The notes under the pieces are model-generated. The model ran no database searches. It was given only the letters and a program-made list of their open reading frames with translations, and was not told the DNA's origin. DNA of 64,000 nt, taken from the human T2T-CHM13v2.0 reference genome, Homo sapiens. Shown piece by piece: positions 38,910 through 51,510 of this stretch. Made by a program: the position numbers and the translations under genes. Position 1 is the first letter of the stretch. The number at the start of each line of letters is the position of its first letter. The stretch is taken from the NCBI RefSeq assembly GCF_009914755.1, contig NC_060929.1, one strand, 5' to 3'.

Positions 38910-39542
38910 GGACCTAGTAAGAGAAAATTGTGGCCAAAGATAAATGTCAAAGACTGTCTCTGGTATCAGCTACAGTTATGTTACTAAGATCTATCCACCG
39001 TACTCATTCTAGTTACCACATTCTACAATAAGTTGATAAGTTAAGTAGTAGTCTTTTCTAGGAGTAATACAAAAGATTCTCTTTACTTAAAACCCTAGAG
39101 TTCAGAAATTAAAAATGAAGAAGAACAAATGAAAGCCATAGTTCTAATGCAGAAGTTGGGAGCAGAGTCCCAGTGTATATTAATTGTGTGGTATGTAAAA
39201 TGGTTTCGAGGAACAACTGTAGAATAATGAAAAGGACTATGATGAATATATTCTCCTATTGGGATGAAGCGTATGTATTGCAGAAATAAACGCCAATATT
39301 TTTTCCATACAGGGATTAATTACATGGTCAACAGCTGGAATTTACAAGGAGGCAAATTAAATAAAATAGCAGACAAGCATGAACTGCATTCCCACAAAAG
39401 CCATAAAATGGGAATACCAAGAGAACTGGCAAATGTAAGTCTTCACCTGTTTTCTTGGACACAGCTTTCCACACACAAGTTGGGGAGTGGAAATTTGTGA
39501 GTAGCACACTGTGTGCCACATTGGAAAGATTCAATATGAACA

Positions 39543-40257
39543 TTTTTTCTTTTTTTATTATTATTTTACTTTAAGTTCCAGGATACATGTGCAGAATGTG
39601 CAGGTTTGTTACATAGTTATACGTGTGCCATGATGGTTTGCTGCACCTATCAACCCATCACCTAGGTTTCAAGCCCCACATGCGTTAGCTATTTGCCCTG
39701 ATGCTCTCCCTCCTCTTGCTCCCCTCCCAATAGGCCCCAGTGTGTGTTGTTCCCCTCCCTGTGTCCATGTGTTCCCATTGTTCAACTCACACTTATGAGT
39801 GAGAACATCAGGTGTTTGGTTTTCTGTTCCTGTGTAACTTGGCTGAGGATAATGGCTTCCAGCTTCATCCATGTCCCTGCAAAGGAAACGATCTCATTCC
39901 TTTTTATGGCTTCATAGTAGTCCATGGTGTATATGTATCACATTTTCTTTATGCAGTCTATCATTGGTGGGCATTTGGGTTGGTTCCATGTCTTTTCTAT
40001 TGTAAATAGTGCTGCAATAAACATATGTGTGCATGTATATTTATAATAGAATTATTTATATTCCTTTGGGTATATGCCCAGTAATGGGATTGCTGGATTA
40101 AATGGCATTTCTGGTTCTAGATCCTTGCAGAATTGCCACACTGTCTTCCACAATGGTTGAACCAATTCACATTCCCACCAACAGTGTAAAAGTGTTTCTA
40201 TTTCTCCACAGTCTTGCCAGTATCTGTTGTTTTTTGAGTTTTTAATAATTGCCATTC
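39543..40257 (-). mobile_element. L1PA (PA8-PA10-like) 3' end, non-inverted part
   Basis: T tail and L1PA 3'UTR. ORF 40052..40255 matches the ORF2 C-terminus (TLLHCWWECELVQPLWKTVW). Confidence 0.95.
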
Positions 40258-42117
40258 AAATCTCTGAGTAGAACAATAACGAGTTCTGAAATTGAGGCAG
40301 TAATAAATAGCCTACGAACCAAAAAAAAGCCCATGACCAGACGGAGTCACAGCCGACTTCTACCAGAGGTACAAAGGGGAGCTGGTACCATTTCTTCTGA
40401 AACTATTCCAAACAACTGAAAAGGGGGGATTCCTCCCTAATTCATTTTATGAGGCCAGTATCATCCTGATACCAAAACCTGGCAGACACACAACAAAAAA
40501 AGAAAACTTCAGGACAATATTCCTGATGAACATCAATGTGAAAATCCTCAATAAAATCCTGGCAAACCAAATCTAGCAGCACATTAAAAAGCACATCCAT
40601 CACAATCAATTCGGGTTCATCCCTGGGATGCAAGGCTGGTTCAACATACACAAATCAATAAACATAATCCATCACATAAACAGGACCAATGACAAAAACC
40701 ACACAATCATCTCAATAGATACAGAAAAGGCCTCCAGTAAAATTCAACATTTCTTCATGTTAAGAACTCTCAATAAACTAGGTATTGAAATAATCAAAAT
40801 AATAAGAGCTATTTATGACAAACCCACAATATTAAAATAATAAGAGCTATTTATGACAAAACCACAGCCAATATCATACAAAATGGGCAAAAGCTGGAAG
40901 CATTCCCTTTGAAAAGCAGCATAAGACAAGGATGCCCTCTCTTACCCCTTCTATTCAATATAGTATTGGAAGTGCTGGCCAGGGCAATCAGGCAAGAGAC
41001 AGAAATAAAGAGTACTCAAATAGGAAGAGAGGAAGTCAAATTGTCTGTTTGCAGATGACATCATGCAACTTCGGCAAAATCAACGTCCAAAAATCACAAG
41101 CATTCCTATACACCAACAATAGGCAAGCAGAGAGCCAAATCATGAGTGACCTCCCATTCACAATTGTTACAAAGAGAATAAAATACCTAGGAATACAGCT
41201 AACAAGGGGTGTGAAGGACCTCTTCAAAAAGAACTATAAACCACTGCTCAAAGAAATAAGAGAGGACACAAAGAAATGAAAAACATTCCATGCTCATGGA
41301 TAGGAAGAATCAATATCATGGAAATGGCCATACTGCCCAAATTAATTTATAGATTCAATGCTATTCCCATCAAACTACCATTGACATTCTTCACAGAATT
41401 AGAAAAAACTACTTTGAAATTCATATGGAACCAAAAAAGAGGCTGTATAGCCAAGACAATTCTAAGCAAAAAGAACAAAGCTGGAGGCATCATGCTACCT
41501 GACTTCAAACTATACTATAAGGCTACAGTAACCAAAACAGCATGGTACTGGTACCAAAACAGATATATAGACCAATGGAACAGAACAGAGGCCTCAGAAA
41601 TAATGCCACACATCTGCAACCATCTGATCTTTGACAAACCTGACAAAAACAAGCAATATGGAAAGGACTCCCTATTTTTAATAAATGGTGCTGGGAAAAT
41701 TGGACATAGGCAGAAAACTTAAACTGGATGCCTTCTTTACACCTCATACAAAAATTAACTCAAGATGGACTTAAAGACTTAAATATAAAACCCCAAATCA
41801 TAAAAACCGTAGAAAAAAACCTAGGCAATACCATTCAGGATACAGGCATGGGCAAAGATTTTATGAAGAAATTGCCAAAAGCAATTGCAACAAAAGCTAA
41901 AATTGACAAATTGGATCTAATTAAAGAGCTTCTGCACAGCAAAAGAAACTATCATCAGAATGAAAAGGCAACCTACAGAATGGGAGAAAATTTTTGCAAT
42001 CTACCCATCTGACAAAGGTCTATTATCCAGAATTTACAAGGTACTTAAGCAAATTTACCAGAAAAAAAACAAACAACACCATCAAAAAGTGGGCAAAGGA
42101 TATAAACAGACACTTTT
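40258..42117 (+). mobile_element. L1PA ORF2 (RT region) fragment, inverted 5' part of the same insertion; disrupted
   Basis: ORF2 peptides [12 protein letters not shown] and [11 protein letters not shown]...[14 protein letters not shown], with frameshifts and an internal deletion near 41060. Confidence 0.95.
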
Positions 42118-42203
42118 CGATATCAACAATTTTATGCAACTATTTTTAAAAACCTGTGCCTCAGGATAAGAATGTTTCTAATGTACTTGAACTTGAGTGA
42201 GGA

Positions 42204-42840
42204 CACCTGCCCAACAATTTCCTCTTAAAGAAGTGGCTGGAGCTAAAGGCATAGTCAAGGTTAATACTCCTTTTTCTTTATCCGAACTCTCCCAAATCAG
42301 TTAGCGTTTAGGCTCTTTTTCATCAAATATGAAAATCCAGCCCAGTTCATGGCCCGTTTGGCAACAACCCTTAGACACTTTACAGCCCTAGACCCTGAAG
42401 GGTCAGAAGGCCGTCTTATTCTCAATATGCATTTTATTACCCAATCTGCTCTCAACATTAAATAAAGGTCCAAAAATTAAATTCTGGCCCTCAAACCCCA
42501 CAACAGGACTTAATTAACCTCGACTTCAAGATGTGCAATAATAGAGAAGAGTTGCAATTACTTGTCTCTGCTGTGAGAGAAACCCCAGCCACATCTCCAG
42601 CACAAAAGAACTTCAAAATGCCTAAACCACAGCGGTCAGGTGTTCCTTCAGGACTTCCTCCCCCAGGATCTTGCTTCAAGTGCCAGAAATCTGGCCACTG
42701 GGCCAAGGGATGCCTGCAGCCCAGGATTCCTCCTAAGCCATGTCCCATCTGTGTGGGATCCCACTGGAAATTGGACTGTCCAACTGGCCCAAGGCTCTGA
42801 CTCCTTCCCAGATCTTCTCGGCTTAGCGGCTGAAGACTGA
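42204..42840 (+). pseudogene. gag: HERV-H gag remnant with two CCHC zinc knuckles
   Basis: ORF 42531..42800 contains [14 protein letters not shown] and [13 protein letters not shown]. Confidence 0.9.
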
Positions 42841-42884
42841 CTCTGCCTGATTGCTTCGGAATCCTCCTGGACCATCACAGACGC

Positions 42885-43170
42885 TTTGGGTAACTCTTAA
42901 CAGTGGAGGATAAGTCCATCCCCTTCTTAATCAATATGGAACCTACCCACTCCAAATTACCTTCTTTTCCAGGGGCTGTTTCCCTTGCCTCCATAACTGT
43001 TGTGTGTATTGATGGCCAGGCTTCTAAACCTCTTAAAACTCCCCAACTCTGGTGCCAACTTGGACAGTATTCTTTTATGCACTCCTTTTTAGTTATCCCC
43101 ACCTGCCCAGTTCCCTTATTAGGCTGAGACATTTTAACTAAATTATCTGCTTCCCTGACTATTCCTAGGC
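42885..43170 (+). pseudogene. pro: HERV-H protease remnant, catalytic DTG degraded
   Basis: FLINMEPTHS at the FLIDTGA position and PTCPVPLLG followed by a stop at the LLGRD motif. Confidence 0.8.
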
Positions 43171-43289
43171 TACAGCCACACCTCATTGCTGCCCTTTTCC
43201 CCAGTTCAAAGCCTCCTTCACATCCTCCCCTTGTATCTCCCCACCTTAATCCACAAGTATAGGACACCTCTACTCCCTCCTTGGCAACC

Positions 43290-45460
43290 AATCGTGCACC
43301 CCTTACCATCCCATTAAAACCTAATCACCCTTACCACGCTCGACATCGCCAATATCCCACCCTATAGCACGCTTTAAAAGAATTAAAGCCTGTTATCACT
43401 CGCCTGTTACAGCATGGCCTTTTAAAGCCTATAAACCCTCCTTACAATTCCCCCATTTCACCTGTCCTAAAACCAGACAAGCCTTACAGGTTAGTTCAGG
43501 ATCTGCGCCTTATCAACCAAATTGTTTTGCCTATCCACCCCATGGTGCCAAACCCATATACTGTCCTATCCTCAATACCTCCCTCCACAGCCCATTATTC
43601 TGTTCTAGATAAACCTAGCTGACCCCGTAAATCCTTTCGCCATTCCCCTTTCCATTCCTTAAAAAACAGTCCTAAAAGCTGCTCCCACACTAGCTCTCCC
43701 TAACTCATCCCAACCTTTTTCATTACACACAGCCAAAGTGCAGGGCTGTCTGGTCGGAATTCTTACCAGCCCTGTGGCCTTTCTGTCCAAACAACTTGAC
43801 CTTACACTTTTAGCCTAGCCCTCATGTCTGTGTGTGGCAGCTGCCGGTGCTTTAATACTTTTAGAGGCCCTCAAAATCACAAACTATGCTCAACTCACTC
43901 TGTACAGTTCTCATAACTTCCAAAATCTATTTTCTTCCTCACACCTGACGCATATACTTTCTGCTCCCCGGCTCCTTCAGCTATACTCACTCTTTGTTGA
44001 GTCTACCACAATTACCATTGTTCCTGGCCCGGACTTCAATCTGGTCTCCCACATTATTCCGGATACCATACCTGACCCCCATGACTATATGTCTCTGATC
44101 CACCTGACATTCACTCCATTTCCCCATATTTCCTTCTTTCCTGTTCCTCACCCTAATCACACTTGGTTTATTGATGGCAGTTCCACCAGGCCTAATTGCC
44201 ACTCACCAGCAAAGACAGGCTATGCTATAGTACCTTCCACATGTATCACTGAGGCTACTGCTCTGCCCCCTCCTCCACTACCTCTCAGCAAGCTGAACTC
44301 ATTGCCTTAACTCGGGCCTTCACTCTTGCAAAGAGACTACATGTCAATATTTATACTGACTCTAAATATGCCTTCTATATCCTGCACCAGTATGCTGTTA
44401 ATATGGGCAAAAAGAGGTTTCCTCATTACACAAGTGTCCTCCATCATTAAAGCCTCTTTAATGAAAACTCTTCTCAAGGCCACTTCCAAAGGAAGCTGGA
44501 GTCATTCACTGTAAAGGCCATCAAAAGGCATCAGATCCCATCACTCAGGGCAATGCTTATGCTGGTAAGGTAGCTAAAAAGCAGCTAGCGTTCCAACTTC
44601 TGTCCCTCACAGCCAGTTTTTCTCCTTCTCATTGGTCACTCCCACCTACTTTCCCACTGAAACTTCCACCTATCAATCTCTTCCCACACAAGGCAAATGG
44701 TTCTTGGACCAATGAAAATATCTCCTTCCAGCCTCACAGGCCCATTCTGTTCTGTCGATATTTCGTAACCTCTTCCATGTAGGTTACAAGCCGCTAGCCC
44801 GTCTCTTAGCACCTCTCATTTCCTTTCCATCATGGAAATCTATTCTTAAGGAAATCACTTCTCGGTGTTCCATCTGCTATTCTACTACTTCTCCAGGGAT
44901 TGTTCAGGCCCTCTCGCTTCCCTACACATCAAGCTCAGGGATTTGCCTCTGCCAAGGACTGACAAATTGACTTTACTCACATGCCCCAAGTCCGGAAACT
45001 AAAATATCTCTTGGTCTGGGTAGACACTTTCACTGGATGGTTAGAGGCCTTTCCCACAGGGTCTGAGAAGGCCACCACGATCATTTCTTCCGTTCTGTCA
45101 GACATAATTCCTTGGTTTGGCCTTCCCACCTCTATACAGTCCAATAATAGACTGGCCTTTACTAGTCAAATCACACAAGCAATTTCTCAGGCTCTTGGTA
45201 TTCAGTGGAACCTTCATACCCCTTACCGTCCTCAATCTTCAGGAAAAGTAAAACAGACTAATGGTCTTTTAAAGGTACACCTCACCAAGCTCAGCCTCCA
45301 ACTTAAAAAGGACTGGACAGTACTTTTACCACTTGCCCTTCTCAGAATTCGGGCCTGTCCTCGGATTGCTACAGGGTACAGCCCATTTGAGCTCATGTAT
45401 GGACACTCCTTTTTATTAGGCCCCACTCTCATTCCAGACACCAGCCCAACTTGAACTGCA
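43290..45460 (+). pseudogene. pol: HERV-H pol remnant (partial RT, RNase H, integrase)
   Basis: PYNSPI..V.KPDK.YRLVQDLR (RT), WFIDGSS (RNase H), LVWVDTFTGWLEAFP and PYRPQSSGKV (integrase). Stops, frameshifts and deletions throughout. Confidence 0.92.
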
Positions 45461-45479
45461 CCCCAAAAACTTGTCATCC

Positions 45480-46230
45480 CTACTATCTTCTGTCCAGTCA
45501 TACTCCTATTCACCATTCAAAACTACTCATAAATACCCTGCCCTTGTTTACACTGCTGGTTTACACTTTCCTTCAAACCATCATAACTGATATCTCCTGG
45601 TTTTACCTAAAACCGCCACCCTTAAGTCTCTCTTAAAGTGGACAGATAATCTTTGCTGACAGGGTACACTCCAATACTTTCACGCTGGTGAAGTCCTATT
45701 CTTAACTTTTATACTCACTCTTATTCTTGTTCCTGTTCTTATGCCATCCTCTACCTCTCCCCAGCTATCTCCACCACACTATCAATCTCTCTCACTCTCT
45801 CCTAGCCATTTCTAATACTTCTTTAATAAACAATTTGGCTTTGCATTTCTCTTTTCTCCAAAATCGCCGAGGCCTCAACTTACTCACTGCAAACAAAACA
45901 AAACAAAACAAAACAAAACAAAAAAACAAAAAAACACTGTATATTTTTAAATGAAGAGTGTTGTTTTTCTGCTATATGACAACATAAAAGAACTCAAGGA
46001 TAGAGCCCAAAAACTCACCAACCAAGCAAATAATTATGCTGAACCCCCTTGGGCACTCTCTAATTGGATGTCCTAGATCCTCCCAATTCTTAGTCCTTCA
46101 ATACCTGTTTTTCTCCTTCTCTTATTTGGACCTTGTGTCTTCCGTTTAGTTTCTCAATTCATAAAAAACCACATCCAGGCCATCACCAATCATTCTGTAC
46201 AACAAATGATCCTTCTAATAACCCCACAAT
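45480..46230 (+). pseudogene. env: HERV-H env remnant
   Basis: LQNRRGLNLLTA immunosuppressive-domain motif in ORF 45727..45954, with a TM-like region downstream. Confidence 0.8.
45891..45935 (+). repeat. (AAAAC)n microsatellite inside env
   Basis: Directly visible. Confidence 0.95.
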
Positions 46231-46426
46231 ATCACCCCTTACCCCAAAATCTTTCTTTAGTTTAATCTCTCCCACTCTAGGTTCCCATGCTGCCCCTAAT
46301 CCCACTCGAAGCAGCCCTGAGAAACATCGCCCATTATCTCTCCATACCACCCCCCAAAATTTTCACTGCCCCAACACTTCAATGGTATTTTATGTTATTT
46401 TTCTTATTAATATAAGAAGACAGGAA

Positions 46427-46858
46427 TGTCAGGCCTCTGAGTCCAAGCTAAGCCATCATATCCCCTGTGACCTGCACGTACACATCCAGATGGCCTGAAG
46501 CAAGTGAAGAATCACAAAAGAAGTGAAAATGGCTGGTTCCTGCCTTAACTGATGACAATCCACCATTGTGATTTGTTCCTGCCCCACCTTAACTGAGCCA
46601 TTACCTTGTGAAATTCCTTCTCCTGGCTCAGAACCTCCCCCATTGAGCATCTTGTGACCCCCGCCCCTGCCACTAAGAGAAAAACCCTGTTTGACTGTAA
46701 TTTTCCACCACCCACCCAAATCCTATAAAATGGCCCCACCCCATCTCCCTTTGTTGACTCACTTTTTGGACTCAGCCCGCCTGCACCCAGGTGATTAAAA
46801 AGCTTTATTGCTCACACAAAGCCTGTTTGGTGGTCTCTTCACATGGTCGCACGTGAAA
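46427..46858 (+). promoter_or_regulatory. HERV-H 3' LTR (LTR7/LTR7B-type) with TATA box and poly(A) signal
   Basis: Starts tgtcaggcctctgag and ends ...cgtgaaa. TATAAAA 46724-46730, ATTAAA 46794-46799. Confidence 0.93.
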
Positions 46859-48049
46859 ACATCCTTGGCTATGTTGAAGAATGTAAAAAGTACATGCTGA
46901 GTTAGTTCACACCACATATTTGTCTACTTCAAAATTTGCAAAGGTAGAGTCCTAACGCTTCATGTGGTCAGCCAGAAAGGAGCAGTGATGGAAAGAAAAC
47001 CAGAGTATATTTTAGCTGTATGAGCCAATCTGCTTAATCCCACTGAGCTGTACCTAATTAGGTCACTTGCTTCTAGTTCCCATGTAGAAAATAAGAATAT
47101 ACTCCACATATTATACTGACATTAAACCATATTTTAAAATTTCAGTTGAGTGTCCACTTTTGAAATAAAGGAGAATGGAGGACAATTTGCTTCTATTCAG
47201 CATTGTAACTCAGTTCAGAGACTTAAGAGTTCTTTTAACTCAATATGGTTAAATTTAATTCTTTTTCAAAATTCCTTAAAGAGTAGAAAAAAAGAAAATA
47301 GCAAACAAATAATTAAAATAAAAGCATTGTTGCCAGACTGGAAGCTCAATATAATTCTATTTTTCTTTGGAGTTCAGCTTGCTGAGGGGATAGTCTTTAT
47401 TCACATTCCACACAAGCAACCATCATCCACACCCACTTTCTTTTTAAAGGAAAACATTTACTTTTGTGACTTGGTCATAATGAAATACAAAGGACCTCTT
47501 TGTGTGTGAAAATGAAACTGGGTGTGAGCCTTTTAAGGAAAAATTAAAGAAGGATGTGTATGTAGGGGGTGAAATTCCCAAGTCTTGCTGAGTTGATCCT
47601 GCCTACCTCCTACTTAGAAACCAGGCTGTTCTGTATGGCAAGGCCCAGATGTTGTGTGTCAGGGAGCAAAACAGCACCTCCAGTGGATCACCGCCAAGTC
47701 ATTCCAACAAAGCCAGGCTCAGACTGCTCACTGCACCAAGTTACAGTGCCTGGCACAGAGGCACAGAGAGAATCTCAGCCAGGCAACATCTAATAGATGC
47801 TTTCTACAAGGCTGACTCATATCTTCCTGAAATTGGGGGGTCATATTTAGATTCCCAAAGAGAACAAGAGCTTGAAGTTAAGAGTAAGGAAGATGGGGAA
47901 ACCTAATTGAAGTGACTTAATGTGACCTGGGGGAAGTTTGGACAGAATTGGTGCTTTTGTGAATGCAGTATTTCAGGAGGGCAAAACAAACGTTGCAAAT
48001 ATATAAAAAGAAACAGCACCTTCAAGGCAACTTCCAGAATTGGAGACTC

Positions 48050-49390
48050 TAGGAATTGATCTCTAGCAACTCCTCTACACTCCTCCTGATCCCACCATTT
48101 TCTCAAACTTTTGCCTTCTCTTTGCCGTCCTCAGTTACTCCCAGCCCATCAGGTCTTTCTTTGCAGCCCATAGATATTTGTGGTCAAGCTTATCCTGAAA
48201 CCAACCTTCATTTCCTCCCATTGTCCTCTAACTTATACTATTGTCCTTCTTTCCACTGGAAAATTTCTTAAACAGGTGGTCTGTGCTGTGCCTCCATGTG
48301 TTCTGAAGTCACTACAGTCCCAGTGCTATGTGCTATGAAAATTCACCAAATAACTCCTTATGCATAAACTTCACAGATCTTTTCTCAGCCTGAGACCTCT
48401 TGTCCTCTCTGAAGCAATTGATACTATGCATCTCACATCTGTGTTCTGATGATCAATCCTCTCTTATCCTCTTCTAGTTTTTTAGATACTGTGATCACAG
48501 TTTATCTCATCTCTCTTTAGATGCTGCTTATCTGTTCCTTTTGTTATCATCTTTTTTTTCTTTTTTCTAATATTCACTCTATCATCTCTCTGCGGGGTCT
48601 CTCATGACTGCCAGATTAATCTTTGATTAGGCCACACATCCCATGTCCACCCTGGCCTTCCCTTCTTCTATCTTGGACCACCATTCTCATCAATCAGCCA
48701 CAGTAATTATTTGAAAGATTTAATCATATAATGTCACCTCTCCACTCAAAACCCTTCAGTGGCTTCCTATCTCAGGCAGAGTCAAAGCCAAATTCCTTAC
48801 AATCCCAGTAAGATCCTGTGTGATCTGGCCCAGGCTATGTCCCTGAGCTGAGGCCTCTGCCTCTGGCTCACCATCACTGCACTCACCCCTTCAAGGCCTA
48901 CCTGAGGGCTTCTGCAGCTCTGCTTCCTCTCCCTAGAAGGATTTTCCCTGTGGTTATTGAGAAGGCTTGAGCACAAAATTTAAAACAGATGCCTATCACT
49001 CCCTATCCACATTTTCTTCTTTATTTGCTCCAAAAGATTTATAATTATCTAATATTTTTTCTTATTTATTATTATTTTTTAGAGTCAGGATCTTGCTCTG
49101 CCACCCAGGCTGTAGTGCAATGGTGCAATAATGGGGCACTGCAGCTTGAGCTCCCAGACTCAAGTGATCCTCCCACCTCAGCCTCCCAAATACCTGGGAC
49201 TACAAGGGTGAACCACACTGTGCCCGGCTCTCATATTTTTTATTTATTTACTTTTATCCCCCAACTGGAATAAAAGTTACATGAGGATAGAAACTTTTGA
49301 GTGCTTTGTTAATGGCCAAATCCCCAGTGCCTATCACAGTGCTTGGCATATAGTAGGTGCCCAATAAGTATTTGTTGAATGAATGAATAT
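48050..49390 (+). mobile_element. L2(a) 3' portion, interrupted by an Alu monomer
   Basis: aaaacccttcagtggcttcc; ends gcttggcatatagtaggtgcccaataagtatttgttgaatgaatgaat. Confidence 0.85.
49055..49228 (-). mobile_element. FRAM/AluJ right-arm monomer
   Basis: ggatcttgctctgccacccaggctgtagtgcaatgg...gtgcccggc. Confidence 0.85.
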
Positions 49391-49394
49391 TAAA

Positions 49395-49678
49395 ATTAAT
49401 GTGGAAAATCAACAACCATATATATGGATCTATTTTCTGGCTCTCTATTTTGCTTCACTGATCTATCCTTAAGCCAACACCACACTGTCCTGTATATAAT
49501 AGTTGTATAGTAAGTCATGAAATCATGACTTTCATGTAAGTCTTTCAACTTTATCCTTCTTTTTCAAGATTGTTTTGGCTTTTCCAGTGCCTTTGTCTTT
49601 CAATATAAATTTTATAATCAGCTCGTCAATTTCTTTTAAAAAGTTGTCTAGGATGTTGCTTGAAATTACATTGATATA
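49395..49678 (-). mobile_element. L1M ORF2 fragment
   Basis: ggatctattttctggctctctattttg...ttcaagattgttttggct. Confidence 0.75.
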
Positions 49679-49697
49679 GATCTCTATCTATAGCTAG

Positions 49698-51510
49698 AAC
49701 CCACTGCACACCCACTGGAATGGCTAAAGGTTAAAACCTGACAATACTAAGTGTTGATAACAATGTTAGGCTATTGGAACTTTTACATATTGCTGGAAGA
49801 ATGCAAAATTGCACAACTACTTTTGAAACCATCAGGACAGTATATTATGAAGTTATACAAGCACTTACCATGTGGCCCAGCAGTCTCACTCCAAGGTATT
49901 CAATCCCCCAAAATAAAAACATGTTTCATACACAGGCTTGTATGAAAGTGTTCATAGGAACATTATTGAGAAATAGCCTCAAACTAGAAATAACCCAAAT
50001 GTCTATCAAAACATAAATGGATAAGCAAGTTAAATAACACCATCCACTTTGATACAATGCATGAAAAGTGAGTGATAACAAGGAGCAAAATATTAATATA
50101 CTTAACAGCATGGATGAATCTTAGAAGCATTATGTTAAGGAAAAGGAGCCAAATATGAGATACCGCATATTGTATGATTTGATTTACATAATATCTCCAC
50201 AAAACAGAAATATGTAGAAATAGAAAGATTCGTGGGTGCTTGGGGCAGAGAGTGGGATGAATGGGATGCATAGTAAATGAGCCTAGAGGATCTTACTGGG
50301 GTGATGAAAGTATTCAACAACTTATTTATGGTAGTGGTTGCACAACTCAGTATATTTATTAAAATCATTGAATACACTTAAAATGGGTGAATTTTATGAT
50401 ATATAAAATATGCCACAATAAAGTTACAAAAAACATGCTAACTGATAGATAGCAAGCATAATAGTACTGCATCCTGCATGATTCCATTTATATAAAATTC
50501 TAGAAAAAACTGAACTGTAGTGACAGAAGGCCCATCAGTAGATGCCTGGGGCTGGAGTTTGGGGAACTGGCTCGACTGCAAAGGGGCACAAGCAATGTTT
50601 TTTGTGTGAGGTATTCTATTTTACATCTTATTTTGCTGGTGGTTACATGGCCTGTATACTACTACCCAAATTCACCAAACTGTGCATTTAAATTGGTGAG
50701 TTTTATTGTGTCCAAATTTTACCACGAAACAGGCCAAATAATACTTGTATGTAGTTAATTCTGCAATTTTGTTTCAATTATTCTTAGTTAACATTTTTTC
50801 TACATTTAAAAATTGCACGTTCTGAAGTTCTTAGTGCTTCTTTAAGATGTATTTAATTCACTTGACCCTAATTGTTCAGATAAGATCACAGAGTAAGGGA
50901 AATTACTGGAGATTCTCAATCACTTTTAAATTATAAACGTCCCTGAAATTGTCAAAAGAGGAAAACAAAAAAACATATAAAGCTTTCTTAAGCAAATGGC
51001 AAGATTCAAAAATACTCCAAAGTTTAGTACACATTTTGGCATATCTTGCCTCTCTTCCCATTGAAGGAAAAAATATTAGAAAAGAGCAGTAAAATCTAAT
51101 TTGAACTTCAAAAACGACACAAATATCTATCAGTAGGAAACTGGAAAGATACACTGTGATAGATTCATACAATAGAGTACTACTCAGCAGGAAAAAGGGA
51201 TGAATTATTAATACAATATCAATTACAGAAGCATTTTGAGTGAAAAAAGCCAAATAAAATGTATAAATATAATATGATTTTATTTATATCAAGTTCAAGA
51301 ACATGCAAAAATGAATCTATGGAGATATAATTCAGAATAGTAGTTGCTTCTGGTAAGGAAAGGATTGATTGGAAAGTAGCAGAAGGAAACCTTCTAGGCT
51401 CGCAGCAATAAGTATTTTATATCTCAATTGGGTTGCTGGTTACATGAGTGTCTACATTTGTCAAAACTGTGAATTTTATTATATAAATTTATAACCTGAT
51501 TTTAAAAATT
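49698..51510 (+). mobile_element. Cluster of L1MB/L1ME 3' ends
   Basis: Repeated L1 3'UTR text (gcatggatgaatcttagaagcattatgttaag; atgattccatttatataaaattctagaa) at 49.7-50.7 and 51.1-51.5 kb. Confidence 0.75.

Larger units (their letters stand above)
42204..46858 (+). mobile_element. HERV-H provirus, 5'-truncated (gag-pro-pol-env remnants plus 3' LTR)
   Basis: C-rich HERV-H internal sequence with domains in retroviral order, polypurine tract 46414-46426 and LTR7-type LTR. Confidence 0.95.

Noticed and set aside
41276-41722. 148-aa ORF with strong protein-like content
   Set aside because: Fragment of a truncated, frameshifted L1 ORF2.
44981-45454. 157-aa integrase ORF as a domesticated gene
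   Set aside because: Lacks the N-terminal HHCC domain, catalytic residues are degraded (SNN for SDN, VKQ for VER) and there is no 5' promoter.
47672-47686. CTCF-like CAGCACCTCCAGTGG
   Set aside because: Spacing is one base off the core motif; too weak without a PWM score or ChIP data.
49674-49695. Short palindrome at the junction of oppositely oriented old L1 pieces
   Set aside because: Only ~6-bp AT-rich arms; I cannot show that the two L1 pieces are one inverted element.
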